Of a stretch of DNA of 64,000 bases, positions 17,978 to 30,507 are shown in pieces. The DNA is from an uncultured Eubacteriales bacterium (GTDB taxonomy: Bacteria > Bacillota > Clostridia > Peptostreptococcales > Anaerovoracaceae): contig CACYPK010000005.1 in assembly GCA_902776285.1 (NCBI GenBank), positions 15,405-79,404 of the forward strand, in the 5' to 3' direction. A program made the translations under genes and the position numbers. Under the pieces are notes generated by a model, which saw nothing but the letters and a program-made list of their open reading frames with translations, was not told where the DNA came from and did not search any database. How positions within the stretch are numbered: position 1 is the first letter of the stretch; the number at the start of each line of letters is the position of its first letter.

Positions 17978-19522
17978 TTATTCGAACTCTACCGTCCCCG
18001 GCGGTTTGCTCGTGAGATCGTAGAATACCCTGTTCACGTGGTCGACTTCGTTCACTATCCTCGTCATGACTCTTTGCAGCACGTCCCACGGGATGTTTGC
18101 CGCCTCGGCAGTCATGAAATCCGATGTGATCACGGCTCTGAGAGCCACCGCGTGATCGTATGTGCGGAAGTCGCCCATCACACCTACCGTCTGCATGTTG
18201 GTGAGAGCGGCGTAATACTGGCTAATCGAGCCTGCGAGACCGGCATTCGCGATCTCTTCTCTGTAAATCGCGTCCGCGTCCTGCACTATGCGGACCTTCT
18301 CTGCCGTTACTTCACCTATTATCCTTATGCCGAGTCCCGGTCCCGGAAACGGCTGACGGCTCACGAGCGCTTCGGGAAGCCCGAGTTCACGGCCGAGCTG
18401 TCTCACTTCGTCCTTGAAGAGCATTCTGAGCGGCTCTATTATCTCCCTGAAGTCGACATAGTCAGGCAGACCGCCCACATTGTGGTGCGACTTGATCACC
18501 GCCGACTTGCCGAGTCCGCTTTCGATTATGTCCGGATAAATGGTGCCCTGTGCCAGGTAATCGACTGAGCCTATCTGCTTCGAAACCTCCTCGAACACCC
18601 TTATGAATTCTTCGCCTATTATCTTGCGCTTCTGCTCGGGTTCGGTCACTCCCGCGAGCTTTTCATAGAACCTTTCGGCTGCGTCCACCTTTATGAAGTT
18701 GAGATCAAACTGTCCGCCACTGCCGAATATCGAAGCGACCTCCTGCGCCTCGTTCTTGCGGAGCAGTCCGTGATCAACGAACACGCATGTGAGCTGAGGA
18801 CCTATGGCCTTAGCCAGCAGGGCCGCAACGACTGAAGAATCCACGCCGCCCGAAAGAGCCAGCAGCACCTTGCCGTCCCCGACCTTCTCCCTGGCTTCTT
18901 TTATAGCGGTCTCGGCGAACGAGTCCATCTGCCAGTCCGGATCGCAGCCGCAAACATCGAGCACGAAGCTCCTGATGAACTCCGCTCCGTGCCGGGTGTG
19001 ATTGACTTCCGGATGGAACTGCACAGCGTAGAAGCCGCGCGTCCTGTCCTCCATCGCAGCGACCGGGCAGTCGTCGGTATGAGCGGTAACAGTGAAGCCT
19101 GCAGGAGGCTCGCTTATGTAATCGGTATGGCTCATCCAGCAGGTGTTGATATCATCAGCCGACGCCAGTATGCCGTCCTTGCCGTCTACTGTCACCTCGG
19201 TGCGTCCGTATTCGCTGGTAGGCGCCGATTCGATGCTTCCGCCAAGTCGATACGCCATCAGCTGCGCGCCGTAGCAGATGCCCAGGATAGGTATGCCCAG
19301 CCCGAATATTCCATCGTCGATGGACGGCGCGCCCTCTCCGTAAGCGCTCTGAGGACCGCCGGTAAAGATTATCCCTTTCGGGTCAAAATCTTTTACCACG
19401 GCAGCATCCACGTCATCAAAATTGCGTATCTCGGAATAAACACCGCATTCTCTGACCCTGCGCGCAATCAGCTGGTTATACTGTCCTCCGAAGTCTACGA
19501 TAAGGATCCTGTTTCCGGCCAT
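17978..19522 (-). CDS. guaA: GMP synthase (glutamine-hydrolysing), full length
   Basis: The GATase domain shows [33 protein letters not shown] and HPEV. It is followed by the ATP-pyrophosphatase domain (SGGVDSS) and the dimerisation domain ending in VEFE. The start is at ATG 19522 with GGGGGAA upstream. Confidence 0.95.
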   Translation of the reverse strand: MAGNRILIVDFGGQYNQLIARRVRECGVYSEIRNFDDVDAAVVKDFDPKGIIFTGGPQSAYGEGAPSIDDGIFGLGIPILGICYGAQLMAYRLGGSIESAPTSEYGRTEVTVDGKDGILASADDINTCWMSHTDYISEPPAGFTVTAHTDDCPVAAMEDRTRGFYAVQFHPEVNHTRHGAEFIRSFVLDVCGCDPDWQMDSFAETAIKEAREKVGDGKVLLALSGGVDSSVVAALLAKAIGPQLTCVFVDHGLLRKNEAQEVASIFGSGGQFDLNFIKVDAAERFYEKLAGVTEPEQKRKIIGEEFIRVFEEVSKQIGSVDYLAQGTIYPDIIESGLGKSAVIKSHHNVGGLPDYVDFREIIEPLRMLFKDEVRQLGRELGLPEALVSRQPFPGPGLGIRIIGEVTAEKVRIVQDADAIYREEIANAGLAGSISQYYAALTNMQTVGVMGDFRTYDHAVALRAVITSDFMTAEAANIPWDVLQRVMTRIVNEVDHVNRVFYDLTSKPPGTVEFE

Positions 19523-19707
19523 TATCTTTCCCCCTGTTCTGTTATTGTTACGTAAACGCTTTTCAGCCTGTCCGTCCGGGAGCGGCGCGTCCGCAGCAGA
19601 CAAATAAGTACTACTCCCCGGCCTTTGTATCTTATACATATAATTGCACTGATATACTGTGCTACAATTACTATAATACCAAAGTGAGCTGCAGATGAGG
19701 TACGGAA

Positions 19708-20877
19708 ATGCAAAGATTGTCAAAAAAGACCGAAGGCTTTACGGATTCAGTAATAAGGCGTATGACCAGGATTGCGCATCAGTATGATTCGATCAACCTG
19801 TCTCAGGGATTTCCGGATTTTGATCCTCCTGAGTTTCTGCTTCAGAGGTTAAGGGAGACAGCGGACATTCCGAATGTGCATCAGTACTCCATAACATTCG
19901 GGGCGCCTAAAACGCGTCAGGCGCTTGCTGAGAAACAAAGCCGCTTCATGGGCATGGACATCGACCCTGATACTGAGATCACGATCACCTGCGGCAGCAC
20001 CGAGGCTATGATGTCAGCCGTTCTTACAGTTGCCGATCCCGGTGATAAGGTGATCATATTCTCGCCTTTCTACGAAAACTACGGCGCGGACACGATACTA
20101 TCCGGAGCGGAGCCTATCTATGTGCCTCTTGTGCCGCCTGACTTCCATTTCGATCCGGAGGTCCTTGAGGATGCTTTCAGGCAGCGACCTAAAGCCATGA
20201 TACTCTGCAATCCTTCAAATCCTACGGGCAAGGTCTTCACAAGGGAAGAGTTGGAATTCATCGCGTCTCTGGCTATCAAATACGATACCTATGTCATAAC
20301 GGACGAGGTATATGAGCATATAATCTTTGAACCTTACAGGCATACATATATAGCGTCCCTTCCGGGCATGCGTGAGCGCACACTGTCATGCTCCTCACTT
20401 TCCAAGACCTATTCGATAACCGGATGGAGGATCGGATATGTTATCGCTCCCCCGGAGATCAGCGAATGCGTCAAAAAAGTGCATGACTTCCTGACGGTGG
20501 GCGCGCCTGCGCCGCTTCAGGAAGCCATCATACCGGGCCTCAAGGCCGGTCCTGAATATTATAAGAGCCTGGTGGATCTGTACACTAATAAGCGTGACAT
20601 CTTCCTTAAAGGACTTGATGACATAGGCCTGAGCCATACGGACCCGCAGGGCGCCTATTACGTTATGGTCGATATATCCGAGTTTGGTTACGAGGATGAT
20701 CTTGAGTTCTGCGAGGACCTGACCCGCATCGTCGGAGTCGCGGCTGTGCCGGGTTCGAGTTTCTTCCGCGAGCCTGTGAATCACCTCATAAGATTCCACT
20801 TCGCAAAACAGGACAGCACTTTATATGCTGCCCTGGATCGTCTTGAATCGATAAGAAAGAAGATGCCTTATAGGTAA
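19708..20877 (+). CDS. Class I/II PLP-dependent aminotransferase (YbdL/kynurenine-aminotransferase-like)
   Basis: The pattern [10 protein letters not shown]...[10 protein letters not shown]...[15 protein letters not shown], including the PLP lysine, is present. Confidence 0.85.
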   Translation: MQRLSKKTEGFTDSVIRRMTRIAHQYDSINLSQGFPDFDPPEFLLQRLRETADIPNVHQYSITFGAPKTRQALAEKQSRFMGMDIDPDTEITITCGSTEAMMSAVLTVADPGDKVIIFSPFYENYGADTILSGAEPIYVPLVPPDFHFDPEVLEDAFRQRPKAMILCNPSNPTGKVFTREELEFIASLAIKYDTYVITDEVYEHIIFEPYRHTYIASLPGMRERTLSCSSLSKTYSITGWRIGYVIAPPEISECVKKVHDFLTVGAPAPLQEAIIPGLKAGPEYYKSLVDLYTNKRDIFLKGLDDIGLSHTDPQGAYYVMVDISEFGYEDDLEFCEDLTRIVGVAAVPGSSFFREPVNHLIRFHFAKQDSTLYAALDRLESIRKKMPYR

Positions 20878-21127
20878 ACGGCTCAGATAATCCGTCAGCA
20901 TGACTTTCACGGGAGCTTTTTCTTTCTGTATTCTTGAATCGCTTTTTTAATCTTCCCGCCAATTCCAATGGTTTTGAGCTTTTTGCACTATTCGAACTCT
21001 ATAATAGCTTTATGACTAGACCTATATTATGTGGTTTTTGATATTTGGTTATAAATATATTATCTGTATTATCAGAGTTTGCCAACCTTTTTGACATCAT
21101 TCTGACATCACAAAGCAAGACATGGAT

Positions 21128-22957
<1,830 letters not shown>

Positions 22958-22958
<1 letters not shown>

Positions 22959-24595
22959 TATTTTCCGCTGTCTCCGTAGTTTGACAGCACCCTTGCCGAA
23001 GGATCATCGACGTCACAGCCTTCCCATTCCCTGTTAGGCATCCAGAAATCCGTTACCATCTCTGCCTGTCCCGGATAGTACTTCTCAAATATGTCCCTGT
23101 ACAGCAGCGACTCTTTGGTGAACGGCCTCGCATGGTCATACCTTTTGCGGCCTTCCTCAAACTCCTCATCCGAATACTGCGTTGCGGCATATTCCTTAAG
23201 GTCTTCCACCATGGAATGCCCTACCGCATCCGAAAAGGCCGCCTTTTCCCGCCAGAGTATCTCATCCGGAAGATAATCCCCTTCAAAGGCTTTTCTTAGA
23301 AGGTACTTTCCTTTGCCGTACTTGTTCAGCTTCATCTCCGGATCTATGGACATGACATAGCGCACGAATTCGAGATCGCCGAAAGGCACCCTGCCCTCCA
23401 GGCTGTTTCCCGAAATACAGCGGTCAGCCCGCAGGACATCATACATATGCAGCTCTCTCACGCGCTTTGCGGCCTCCTCCTGGAAAGCCTCTGCCGACGG
23501 GGCAAAATCCGTATACTTATAGCCGAACAGCTCATCGGATATCTCTCCGGTAAGGATGACACGTATGTCAGTCTGTTCATGGATGGCCTTACAGACAAGA
23601 TGCATCCCTATCGACGCCCTTATCGTAGTGATGTCATAGGTGCCGAGCAGATATACCACTTCTTCAAGCGCGTCAAGCACATCCTGCCTGTTTATGATGA
23701 CCTCGGTATGATCGCTTCCGATATGATCGGCGACCTTTTTTGCGTATTTGAGGTCAATGGCATCCTTGTCCATGCCTATGGCAAAGGTCTTTATAGGAGT
23801 ATCGGTCTCCGCTGCGGCAATCGAACACACCAGCGAAGAGTCGAGACCGCCTGAGAGCAGGAATCCGACTTTGGCATCAGCCACCAGACGCTTCCTGACC
23901 CCTTCTGTCAGCAGCGTCTTTATGTTTCCGCAGATCTCATCAAGATCCCCGCTTACATACTCACCGGTCTCTGTCAGATCACAGTATTTTGTGAACTCCC
24001 CTTTGCGCCAGTAGTGTCCCGGTGGGAAAGGCATCACTTTTTCGCAAATACCGAGCAAGCTCTTGGGCTCACTCGCGAAAGCAATGCAGCCTTCCATGTC
24101 ATAGCCGTAGTAAAGCGGTCTGATACCGATCGGATCTCTTGCCGCTATGAATTCATCTGTCCTGCCATCATAGATAACACAGGCAAATTCGGCGTCTAAC
24201 TCTTTGAACATTTCCGTACCGTACTCAAAATAGAGAGGCAGCAGAAGCTCGCAGTCAGAGCCGGATCTGAATGAATATCCTTTCAGTTCAAGCTCCTTTT
24301 TCGCTTTTTCAAAACCGTACAGTTCTCCGTTGCATACAACAGCGCATCCCTTACGGATGAACGGCTGCATGCCTTCCGGAGTGAGCCCCATGATGGACAG
24401 ACGGTGGAATCCCATGATTCCCTTTCTGCACGGAGGAGTTATCTCTATCTCACTGAATCTGCCGGATATCTCCGTCATCCGCTCGATATCGATTATTCTT
24501 GTATCATCAGGGCCTCTGTATTTTGTAAGTGAAAAAGCTTTCTCAAATTCGTATACGGAGGCAGCGCCTCCGGTAGTCGTCATTATCGTACACAT
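22958..24595 (-). CDS. asnB: Asparagine synthase (glutamine-hydrolysing)
   Basis: An N-terminal Met-Cys Ntn-amidotransferase start is followed by the LSGGLDSS PP-loop and a C-terminal AsnB-like region. Confidence 0.85.
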
Positions 24596-24607
24596 TTTTC
24601 TCCCTCC

Positions 24608-26698
24608 TTACTTCTCTCCGAACAGCAAGAGCCCATAGTTCGGAAGCGGCCAGTAAGTCTTGGATGTCGATGCCTCCGCGATATCGCTGTCATGTCTCAG
24701 CTGTTCCATCGCAGGCAGGAGCCTGTCTCTGATGATCTTTGAATCAGAGCAGTGGTCAGTTCCGCTCAGATCATCGAGCACTTCCTGCATCGCGGCTACG
24801 TCATCATATATTCTGTCAGTCTGACGGGACAGCAGTCCCGCAGTCTTTTCTTCGAAGGTGCAGCTGAGATCGGGAAACACTTTCCGCTTGTCTGCCGTAT
24901 TCCGCGCAAGCTCAGCAGTGTACCTCTCTATTGCCGGGGCGATCCTCTTCACAGCCATAGATCTCATAGTCCTCGCCTCTATGCATATAGTCTTGCAGTA
25001 TGTTTCAAGCATTATCTCGTATCTCGACTCCAGCTCTGTTTTTGAAAAAACCTCCTGATGCAGGAGCATCTCCACATTTTTCTCATCCAGAATGTGCGGC
25101 ACACAGTCCGCGGTGGTTCTGTAGTTAGACAATCCGCGCTGCTCCGCTTCCCTGACCCATTCTTCCTTATAACCGTCCCCGTTGAACACGATCCTTCCAT
25201 GTTCCTTCATCGTCTCTCTCACCAGCGAATAAATATCGTGGCTGAGATCGTCAGATCCTTCAAGCCTGTCTGCGAAATATTCAAGCGAGTCGGCGACTGA
25301 ACTATTTATTATGACATTCGGGAACGCGATGCTGCTCATCGAGCCCGGCATCCTGAATTCAAACTTGTTGCCTGTAAAAGCGAACGGTGATGTCCTGTTT
25401 CTGTCAGTGTTGTCCCTGCTGAACCCCGGGAGCACTACCGTCCCGAGCTTCATCAGCACGTCTCCGCTCTTCTCATAAGGTGCATCCTCTTCAATGGACC
25501 TAAGGACCTCTGTGAGCTCATCACCAAGGAAGATCGAGATCACGGCAGGCGGGGCTTCATTTGCTCCGAGCCTGTGATCGTTGCTTGCCGACGCAACGGA
25601 TATCCTGAGCAGATCCTGGAACTTATCTACAGCCCTTATGACCGAACAGAGGAACAGCAGGAACTGCGCGTTGTCATGAGGCGTATCCCCCGGCGACATC
25701 AGATTGACGCCCATGTCAGTCGACAGCGACCAGTTATTGTGCTTACCGCTGCCATTGACACCTTCGAAAGGCTTCTCATGAAGAAGCGCGACGAAGCCGT
25801 GCCTCTCCGCGACCTTTTTTATCATTTCCATGACCAGCTGGTTCTGGTCTGTGGTCACGTTGACCTTGGTATATATGCAGGCGAGTTCGTGCTGCGAAGG
25901 CGCGACCTCGTTATGCTCTGTCTTGGCATACACTCCGAGTTTCCACAGCTCTTCATTCAATTCTTCCATGAATCTCGATATTTCCGGCTTGATAGGACCG
26001 AAATAGTGATCATCAAGTTCCTGCCCTTTCGGCGGCATGATCCCGAACAATGTCCTGCCGGTGAATCTCAGATCCGGTCTCTGCTCATAAAGCTCGTGCG
26101 GCACCAGGAAGTATTCCTGCTCAACTCCTACGACAGCGTGAACTCTCCTGACAGTATCGTTGCCCAGGATACGAAGCACCCTGATCGCCTGTCTGTTGAG
26201 CGCGTCCATCGATCTCAGCAGAGACGTCTTTTCATCCATCGCTTCCCCGCTGTAAGAGCAGAATGCCGTAGGGATGCACAGTGTCTTGCCTTTTATGAAA
26301 GCGAAGGAGGTCGGATCCCACGCAGTATAGCCTCTTGCCTCAAATGTTGCTCTGAGACCGCCTGACGGGAAAGATGATGCGTCAGGCTCACCCTTTATGA
26401 GCTCCTTCCCTGAGAAATCCATGATCACTCCTCCGTCCGGAGATGCCTGAATAAAGCTGTCATGCTTTTCCGCAGTCACCCCGTTGAGAGGCTGGAACCA
26501 GTGCGTATAGTGCGTAGCGCCTTTGGAAACAGCCCAGTTTTTCATGGCCTGAGCGACAGCGTTCGCTACATCCGGATTCAGAGGGTTGCCCTGGTTTATC
26601 GTTCTGCGAAGTGAACGGTAGATATCAGCTGACAGCATTGATCTCATGATCTTATCGTCGAATACCATTGAACCGAAATAGTCAGATACAGTACTCAT
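24608..26698 (-). CDS. glnN: Glutamine synthetase, type III
   Basis: 696 aa, starting MSTVSDYFGSMVFDDKIMRSMLSADIYRSL...THYTHWFQPLNG, with a GS catalytic domain of type III length. It lies 12 nt upstream of asnB. Confidence 0.9.
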   Translation of the reverse strand: MSTVSDYFGSMVFDDKIMRSMLSADIYRSLRRTINQGNPLNPDVANAVAQAMKNWAVSKGATHYTHWFQPLNGVTAEKHDSFIQASPDGGVIMDFSGKELIKGEPDASSFPSGGLRATFEARGYTAWDPTSFAFIKGKTLCIPTAFCSYSGEAMDEKTSLLRSMDALNRQAIRVLRILGNDTVRRVHAVVGVEQEYFLVPHELYEQRPDLRFTGRTLFGIMPPKGQELDDHYFGPIKPEISRFMEELNEELWKLGVYAKTEHNEVAPSQHELACIYTKVNVTTDQNQLVMEMIKKVAERHGFVALLHEKPFEGVNGSGKHNNWSLSTDMGVNLMSPGDTPHDNAQFLLFLCSVIRAVDKFQDLLRISVASASNDHRLGANEAPPAVISIFLGDELTEVLRSIEEDAPYEKSGDVLMKLGTVVLPGFSRDNTDRNRTSPFAFTGNKFEFRMPGSMSSIAFPNVIINSSVADSLEYFADRLEGSDDLSHDIYSLVRETMKEHGRIVFNGDGYKEEWVREAEQRGLSNYRTTADCVPHILDEKNVEMLLHQEVFSKTELESRYEIMLETYCKTICIEARTMRSMAVKRIAPAIERYTAELARNTADKRKVFPDLSCTFEEKTAGLLSRQTDRIYDDVAAMQEVLDDLSGTDHCSDSKIIRDRLLPAMEQLRHDSDIAEASTSKTYWPLPNYGLLLFGEK

Positions 26699-26833
26699 GA
26701 TCGACCCTCCTTTCTTTCTCCGGATCTCCTGAAGTGTCCTTATTATCAGATAGAAATAATTACTCTAAAAATAACCCCGCTGATTTTCAAACTGAAATAC
26801 ATATATTGTTTGGGTTATAATATTTTTTGCGTA

Positions 26834-26866
26834 TGAAAAAAAGGATCCGGATATCCGGATCCTTTC
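26834..26866 (-). terminator. Intrinsic terminator after the second LysR gene
   Basis: AAGGATCCGG-ATAT-CCGGATCCTT (26841-26864), followed on the minus strand by TTTTTTTC. Confidence 0.9.
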
Positions 26867-26893
26867 ATGCATAGGCATGTCTCGCTCTCTTTA

Positions 26894-27778
26894 TCAACTC
26901 CCGGCTATGCTTGCCTTAACGAAATCTATGAATCTCTCCTCGATGGTTGGAAGCGGATGACCTTTGCGCCATACAAAGAGGTACTCCATCTTTTTATCCT
27001 CACCCGCGATCTCTTTGAACACAAGAGAATCATTCGGGATATACGCTGTCCTGGGATATATGCTTATACCGACCTGTCTGCCCGCGAGAGCGGCGGCATC
27101 AAGATAACTGTCCATCTCGCATACTATATGCGGCTCAGCATTTATCTCCCGGAACCACCTGTAGATAGTCTCTATAAGAGCTTTTCTGCTGGGGACAATA
27201 AGATTTTCACCGACAAGATCAGCGACCCGCACTTTACGTCCGTTATCCTGAGCAAGCGGATGCTGCCTGCTCATAAGCGCTGCCATCTTCTCTTCCCCAA
27301 CATTGAAACTGTGCAGGAGTGAATTGTCGCACGGAGATGTGATCACCGCCAGACTTATCAGTCCCGTTCTGAGCTTCTCGAGCAAGTCATCAGTACTTCC
27401 GTCCAGTATCCTGAATCTGACATTCGGATGGATAGCCCTGAATCCGGCAAACCATTCAGCAGCTATATCCGGAGCCATGCCCTCTACCAGTCCTATGGCT
27501 ATGGTTCCACGCATGCCCTCTCCAAGCGAAAGGATCTCGGACTTCGTCTTGTCCGTGAGTTTGATGATCTCTTTGGCTCGCCGGTACAGAAGCTGCCCTG
27601 ATTCGGTGAGTTTAAGGTGTCTCTTGCCCCTGATGAACAGGACTGTGTCGAGTTCTGTCTCAAGGCTCTTTATCTGGGCGCTCAAAGGCGGCTGGCTCAT
27701 GTGAAGCTTTTCAGCAGCCCGCGTTATATTTAATTCCTCCGCAACAGTAACGAAATACTGCAGAGTTCTCAAGTCCAT
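26894..27778 (-). CDS. LysR-family transcriptional regulator
   Basis: MDLRTLQYFVTVAEELNITRAAEKLHMSQPPLSAQIKSLETEL is the LysR wHTH, followed by a substrate-binding domain. Confidence 0.9.
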   Translation of the reverse strand: MDLRTLQYFVTVAEELNITRAAEKLHMSQPPLSAQIKSLETELDTVLFIRGKRHLKLTESGQLLYRRAKEIIKLTDKTKSEILSLGEGMRGTIAIGLVEGMAPDIAAEWFAGFRAIHPNVRFRILDGSTDDLLEKLRTGLISLAVITSPCDNSLLHSFNVGEEKMAALMSRQHPLAQDNGRKVRVADLVGENLIVPSRKALIETIYRWFREINAEPHIVCEMDSYLDAAALAGRQVGISIYPRTAYIPNDSLVFKEIAGEDKKMEYLFVWRKGHPLPTIEERFIDFVKASIAGS

Positions 27779-27820
27779 CTTTTACCCTTCTTTTGTTCCC
27801 CAGCCCAATTATTGTTGATG

Positions 27821-28792
27821 TCACTCGAACTCGATCGTGCTCACAGGTTTATCCGAGAAGTCCCACATTACTCTGTTGACTCCCGGCACTGTCGCGATGA
27901 TACGGTCGCGCATGGTCTTGAGCATATCCCAAGGGATCTCGACAGCCTCAGCTGTTACCGCGTCTACGGTGTTGATGGCTCTGATGATGACAGGCCATCC
28001 CATGTATCTCTTGCCGTCCTTGATGCCCGTCGACTTCATGTCAGGAATGACCGCGAAGTACTGCCAAGGCACGTTCTCCATCTTGCCGATCTCTTCTCTG
28101 ACGATGGCATCGGCTTCTCTGAGCGCCTCCAGTCTGTCTCTTGTGATGGCGCCTGTACATCTGACTCCGAGTCCCGGTCCCGGGAACGGCTGTCTGTAGA
28201 CCATGCTGTCAGGAAGTCCGAGAGCGGATCCAACGACTCTGACCTCGTCCTTATAGAGCAGCTTGACCGGCTCTACGAGTTCAAACTGAAGATCTTCAGG
28301 AAGTCCGCCTACGTTGTGGTGAGCCTTTACTCCGTCAGACTCCAGGATGTCAGGATAGATGGTGCCCTGTCCGAGGAACTCAATGCCCTCAAGCTTCGCT
28401 GCCTCTTCTGCGAACACATCGATGAACTCCTTGCCGATGATCTTGCGCTTTGTCTCAGGATCGTCGACTCCCGCGAGCTTATCGAGGAATCTGTCGACGG
28501 CATCCACGTAGATAAGATTCGCGCCGAGCTCTTCCCTGAATACTTTGATGACCATCTCAGGCTCGCCCTTGCGCAGCAGACCGTGGTTTACATGGACGCA
28601 TGTCAGGTTATCGCCTATGGCCCTGATCAGCAGCGCAGCTACTACACTGGAGTCAACGCCGCCGGACAGAGCAAGAAGCACCTTCTTGTCCCCTACCTGC
28701 GCCTTGATCTCAGCAAGCTGCTCCTCGATGAACTTGTCAGCGAGTGCACGTGTTGTGATACGTTCCATTGTTTCCGGTCTCTTATCACCCAT
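27821..28792 (-). CDS. guaA: GMP synthase ATP-pyrophosphatase/dimerisation module only, with no glutamine amidotransferase domain
   Basis: 323 aa with [16 protein letters not shown] (PP-loop), [14 protein letters not shown] and QPFPGPGLG, ending in STIEFE. It is collinear with residues ~200-515 of the full-length GuaA at 17978..19522 and has no GATase sequence. RBS GGAGG lies 7 nt upstream. Confidence 0.85.
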   Translation of the reverse strand: MGDKRPETMERITTRALADKFIEEQLAEIKAQVGDKKVLLALSGGVDSSVVAALLIRAIGDNLTCVHVNHGLLRKGEPEMVIKVFREELGANLIYVDAVDRFLDKLAGVDDPETKRKIIGKEFIDVFAEEAAKLEGIEFLGQGTIYPDILESDGVKAHHNVGGLPEDLQFELVEPVKLLYKDEVRVVGSALGLPDSMVYRQPFPGPGLGVRCTGAITRDRLEALREADAIVREEIGKMENVPWQYFAVIPDMKSTGIKDGKRYMGWPVIIRAINTVDAVTAEAVEIPWDMLKTMRDRIIATVPGVNRVMWDFSDKPVSTIEFE

Positions 28793-28844
28793 TTCTATAC
28801 CTCCGTGAAACTCAGATGAGTGTTATTGGTTTGATCGTTTATTC

Positions 28845-30362
28845 CTAGCGTCCGCCGCCGGATGTGCGGCCGGACACTTCTTTCAGTATTACGTCGTGCG
28901 CGCCGCCCTCAACGATGCTGACAGCCGACACGAGCGTGAGTTTTGCGTTCTTATGGAAATCCGCGATGTTGAGCGCTCCGCAGTTGCACATGGTCGACTT
29001 GACCTTGCCGAGCGACATCTGGACATTGTCATGCAGGGATCCAGCGTAAGGAACATAGGAATCTACGCCTTCTTCGAACTTGAGTCCGGCGTCTCCTCCG
29101 AGGTCATACCTCTGCCAGTTGCGGGCCCTTGCCGACCCTTCGCCCCAATACTCTTTGACATAGCTGCCGTTGAGCATCAGCTTAGCAGACGGAGATTCGT
29201 CGAATCTGGCGAAGTATCTGCCCAGCATGATGAAGTCAGCGCCCATGGCCAGCGCGAGCGTCATGTGATAGTCGTACACGATGCCTCCGTCCGAGCAGAT
29301 CGGCACATATACGCCTGTCTTCTTGTAATACTCGTCTCTTGCCTGAGCGACCTCTATGACTGCCGAAGCCTGGCCGCGTCCGATGCCCTTCTGCTCTCTT
29401 GTGATGCAGATGGAACCGCCGCCTATGCCGACTTTTACGAAGTCCGCGCCGCAGTCCGCAAGGAAGTTGAATCCGTCCGCGTCCACGACATTGCCCGCTC
29501 CGACCTTGACGCTGTCACCGTAGTTGTCTCTTATCCATTTGAGAGTCACTGCCTGCCACTCAGAGTATCCTTCAGACGAGTCTATGGTCAGGATATCCAC
29601 GCCGGCGTCCAGAAGTGCCGGGACTCTTTCCTTATAGTCTCTGGTGTTGATGCCCGCGCCGACGATGTATCTTTTGTCAGAGTCCAGAAGCTCGTCCGGA
29701 AACTCTTTGTGCGAATCGTAGTCCTTGCGGAACACAAAGGCCACAAGCCTTTGGTTGTCGTCAATGATAGGCAGCTGGTTGACCTTGTTGTCCCAGATGA
29801 TGTCGTTGGCTTCGGACAGGGTGATGCCCTCGTGGCCGTACACCATTTTGTCGAACGGTGTCATGAACTCATACACCGGAGTATCGAGGCTCATGCGCGA
29901 GATGCGGTAGTCCTTGCTGGTGACGATGCCGAGCAGTTTGCCGGCCGCGGTGCCGTCCTCAGTGATCGCGATAGTGGAATGTCCCTTAGCGGCCTTGAGG
30001 TCAAGCATCTCCTGCAGCGTGGCGTCAGGTCTGAGGTTTGAGTCGCTTGGCACGAATCCGGCTTTGTACGTCTTTGCCTTTCTGACCATCTCCGCCTGAC
30101 TCGCTATGGACTGAGATCCGAAAATAAACGATATGCCGCCTTCCTTGGCGAGCGCGACCGCCATGTTGTTGTCCGATACGGCCTGCATCACCGCGGAAGT
30201 CAGCGGGATGTTCATGGACAGAGCCGGTTCTTCACCCTTTTTGAATTTTACGACCGGAGTCTTAAGCGAGACGTTTTCCGGACGCGCGTCCATGCCGGAG
30301 TAACCCGGTATGAGAAGGTATTCATTGAAGGTCCTTGATGGTTCCTTGAGGACTGTCGCCAT
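28845..30362 (-). CDS. guaB: IMP dehydrogenase
   Basis: 505 aa. The TIM barrel has an inserted CBS pair, and the catalytic loop [13 protein letters not shown] is present. Confidence 0.9.
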   Translation of the reverse strand: MATVLKEPSRTFNEYLLIPGYSGMDARPENVSLKTPVVKFKKGEEPALSMNIPLTSAVMQAVSDNNMAVALAKEGGISFIFGSQSIASQAEMVRKAKTYKAGFVPSDSNLRPDATLQEMLDLKAAKGHSTIAITEDGTAAGKLLGIVTSKDYRISRMSLDTPVYEFMTPFDKMVYGHEGITLSEANDIIWDNKVNQLPIIDDNQRLVAFVFRKDYDSHKEFPDELLDSDKRYIVGAGINTRDYKERVPALLDAGVDILTIDSSEGYSEWQAVTLKWIRDNYGDSVKVGAGNVVDADGFNFLADCGADFVKVGIGGGSICITREQKGIGRGQASAVIEVAQARDEYYKKTGVYVPICSDGGIVYDYHMTLALAMGADFIMLGRYFARFDESPSAKLMLNGSYVKEYWGEGSARARNWQRYDLGGDAGLKFEEGVDSYVPYAGSLHDNVQMSLGKVKSTMCNCGALNIADFHKNAKLTLVSAVSIVEGGAHDVILKEVSGRTSGGGR

Positions 30363-30463
30363 TTTGCACCTCTTTCTGTTGCTTTTAAGGTCGATTTGCG
30401 GTTGACAATTAGTTAGTATTGTTTAACTTTTGTTCTTTTTCCGCCGTTTTTCTTAATATAGCA

Positions 30464-30494
30464 TTAAAAAGAGCCCAAATAAAGCGATTTGGCG
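30464..30494 (-). terminator. Candidate terminator after hipA
   Basis: On the minus strand: GCCAAAT-CGCTTT-ATTTGGGC followed by TCTTTTT. Confidence 0.55.
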
Positions 30495-30507
30495 AAGTTA
30501 GATACCT

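Noticed and set aside
19523-19707. A possible purine/guanine riboswitch upstream of guaA. I made the same check upstream of guaB at 30363-30507.
   Set aside because: Neither leader contains the conserved purine-riboswitch junction and loop blocks (the TATAAT..GGATATGGC..GTTTCTACC..CCGTAAAT-type pattern). Only a generic hairpin (CCGGGGAG/CTCCCGG) is present upstream of guaA.
20985-21000. The sequence CTATTCGAACTC (reverse strand: I-E-F-E-stop) looks like the conserved ...EFE-stop ending of both guaA genes, hinting at a third decayed guaA.
   Set aside because: Extending the frame upstream hits a stop after only 12 codons, and there is no further GuaA-like sequence. It is most likely a coincidence.
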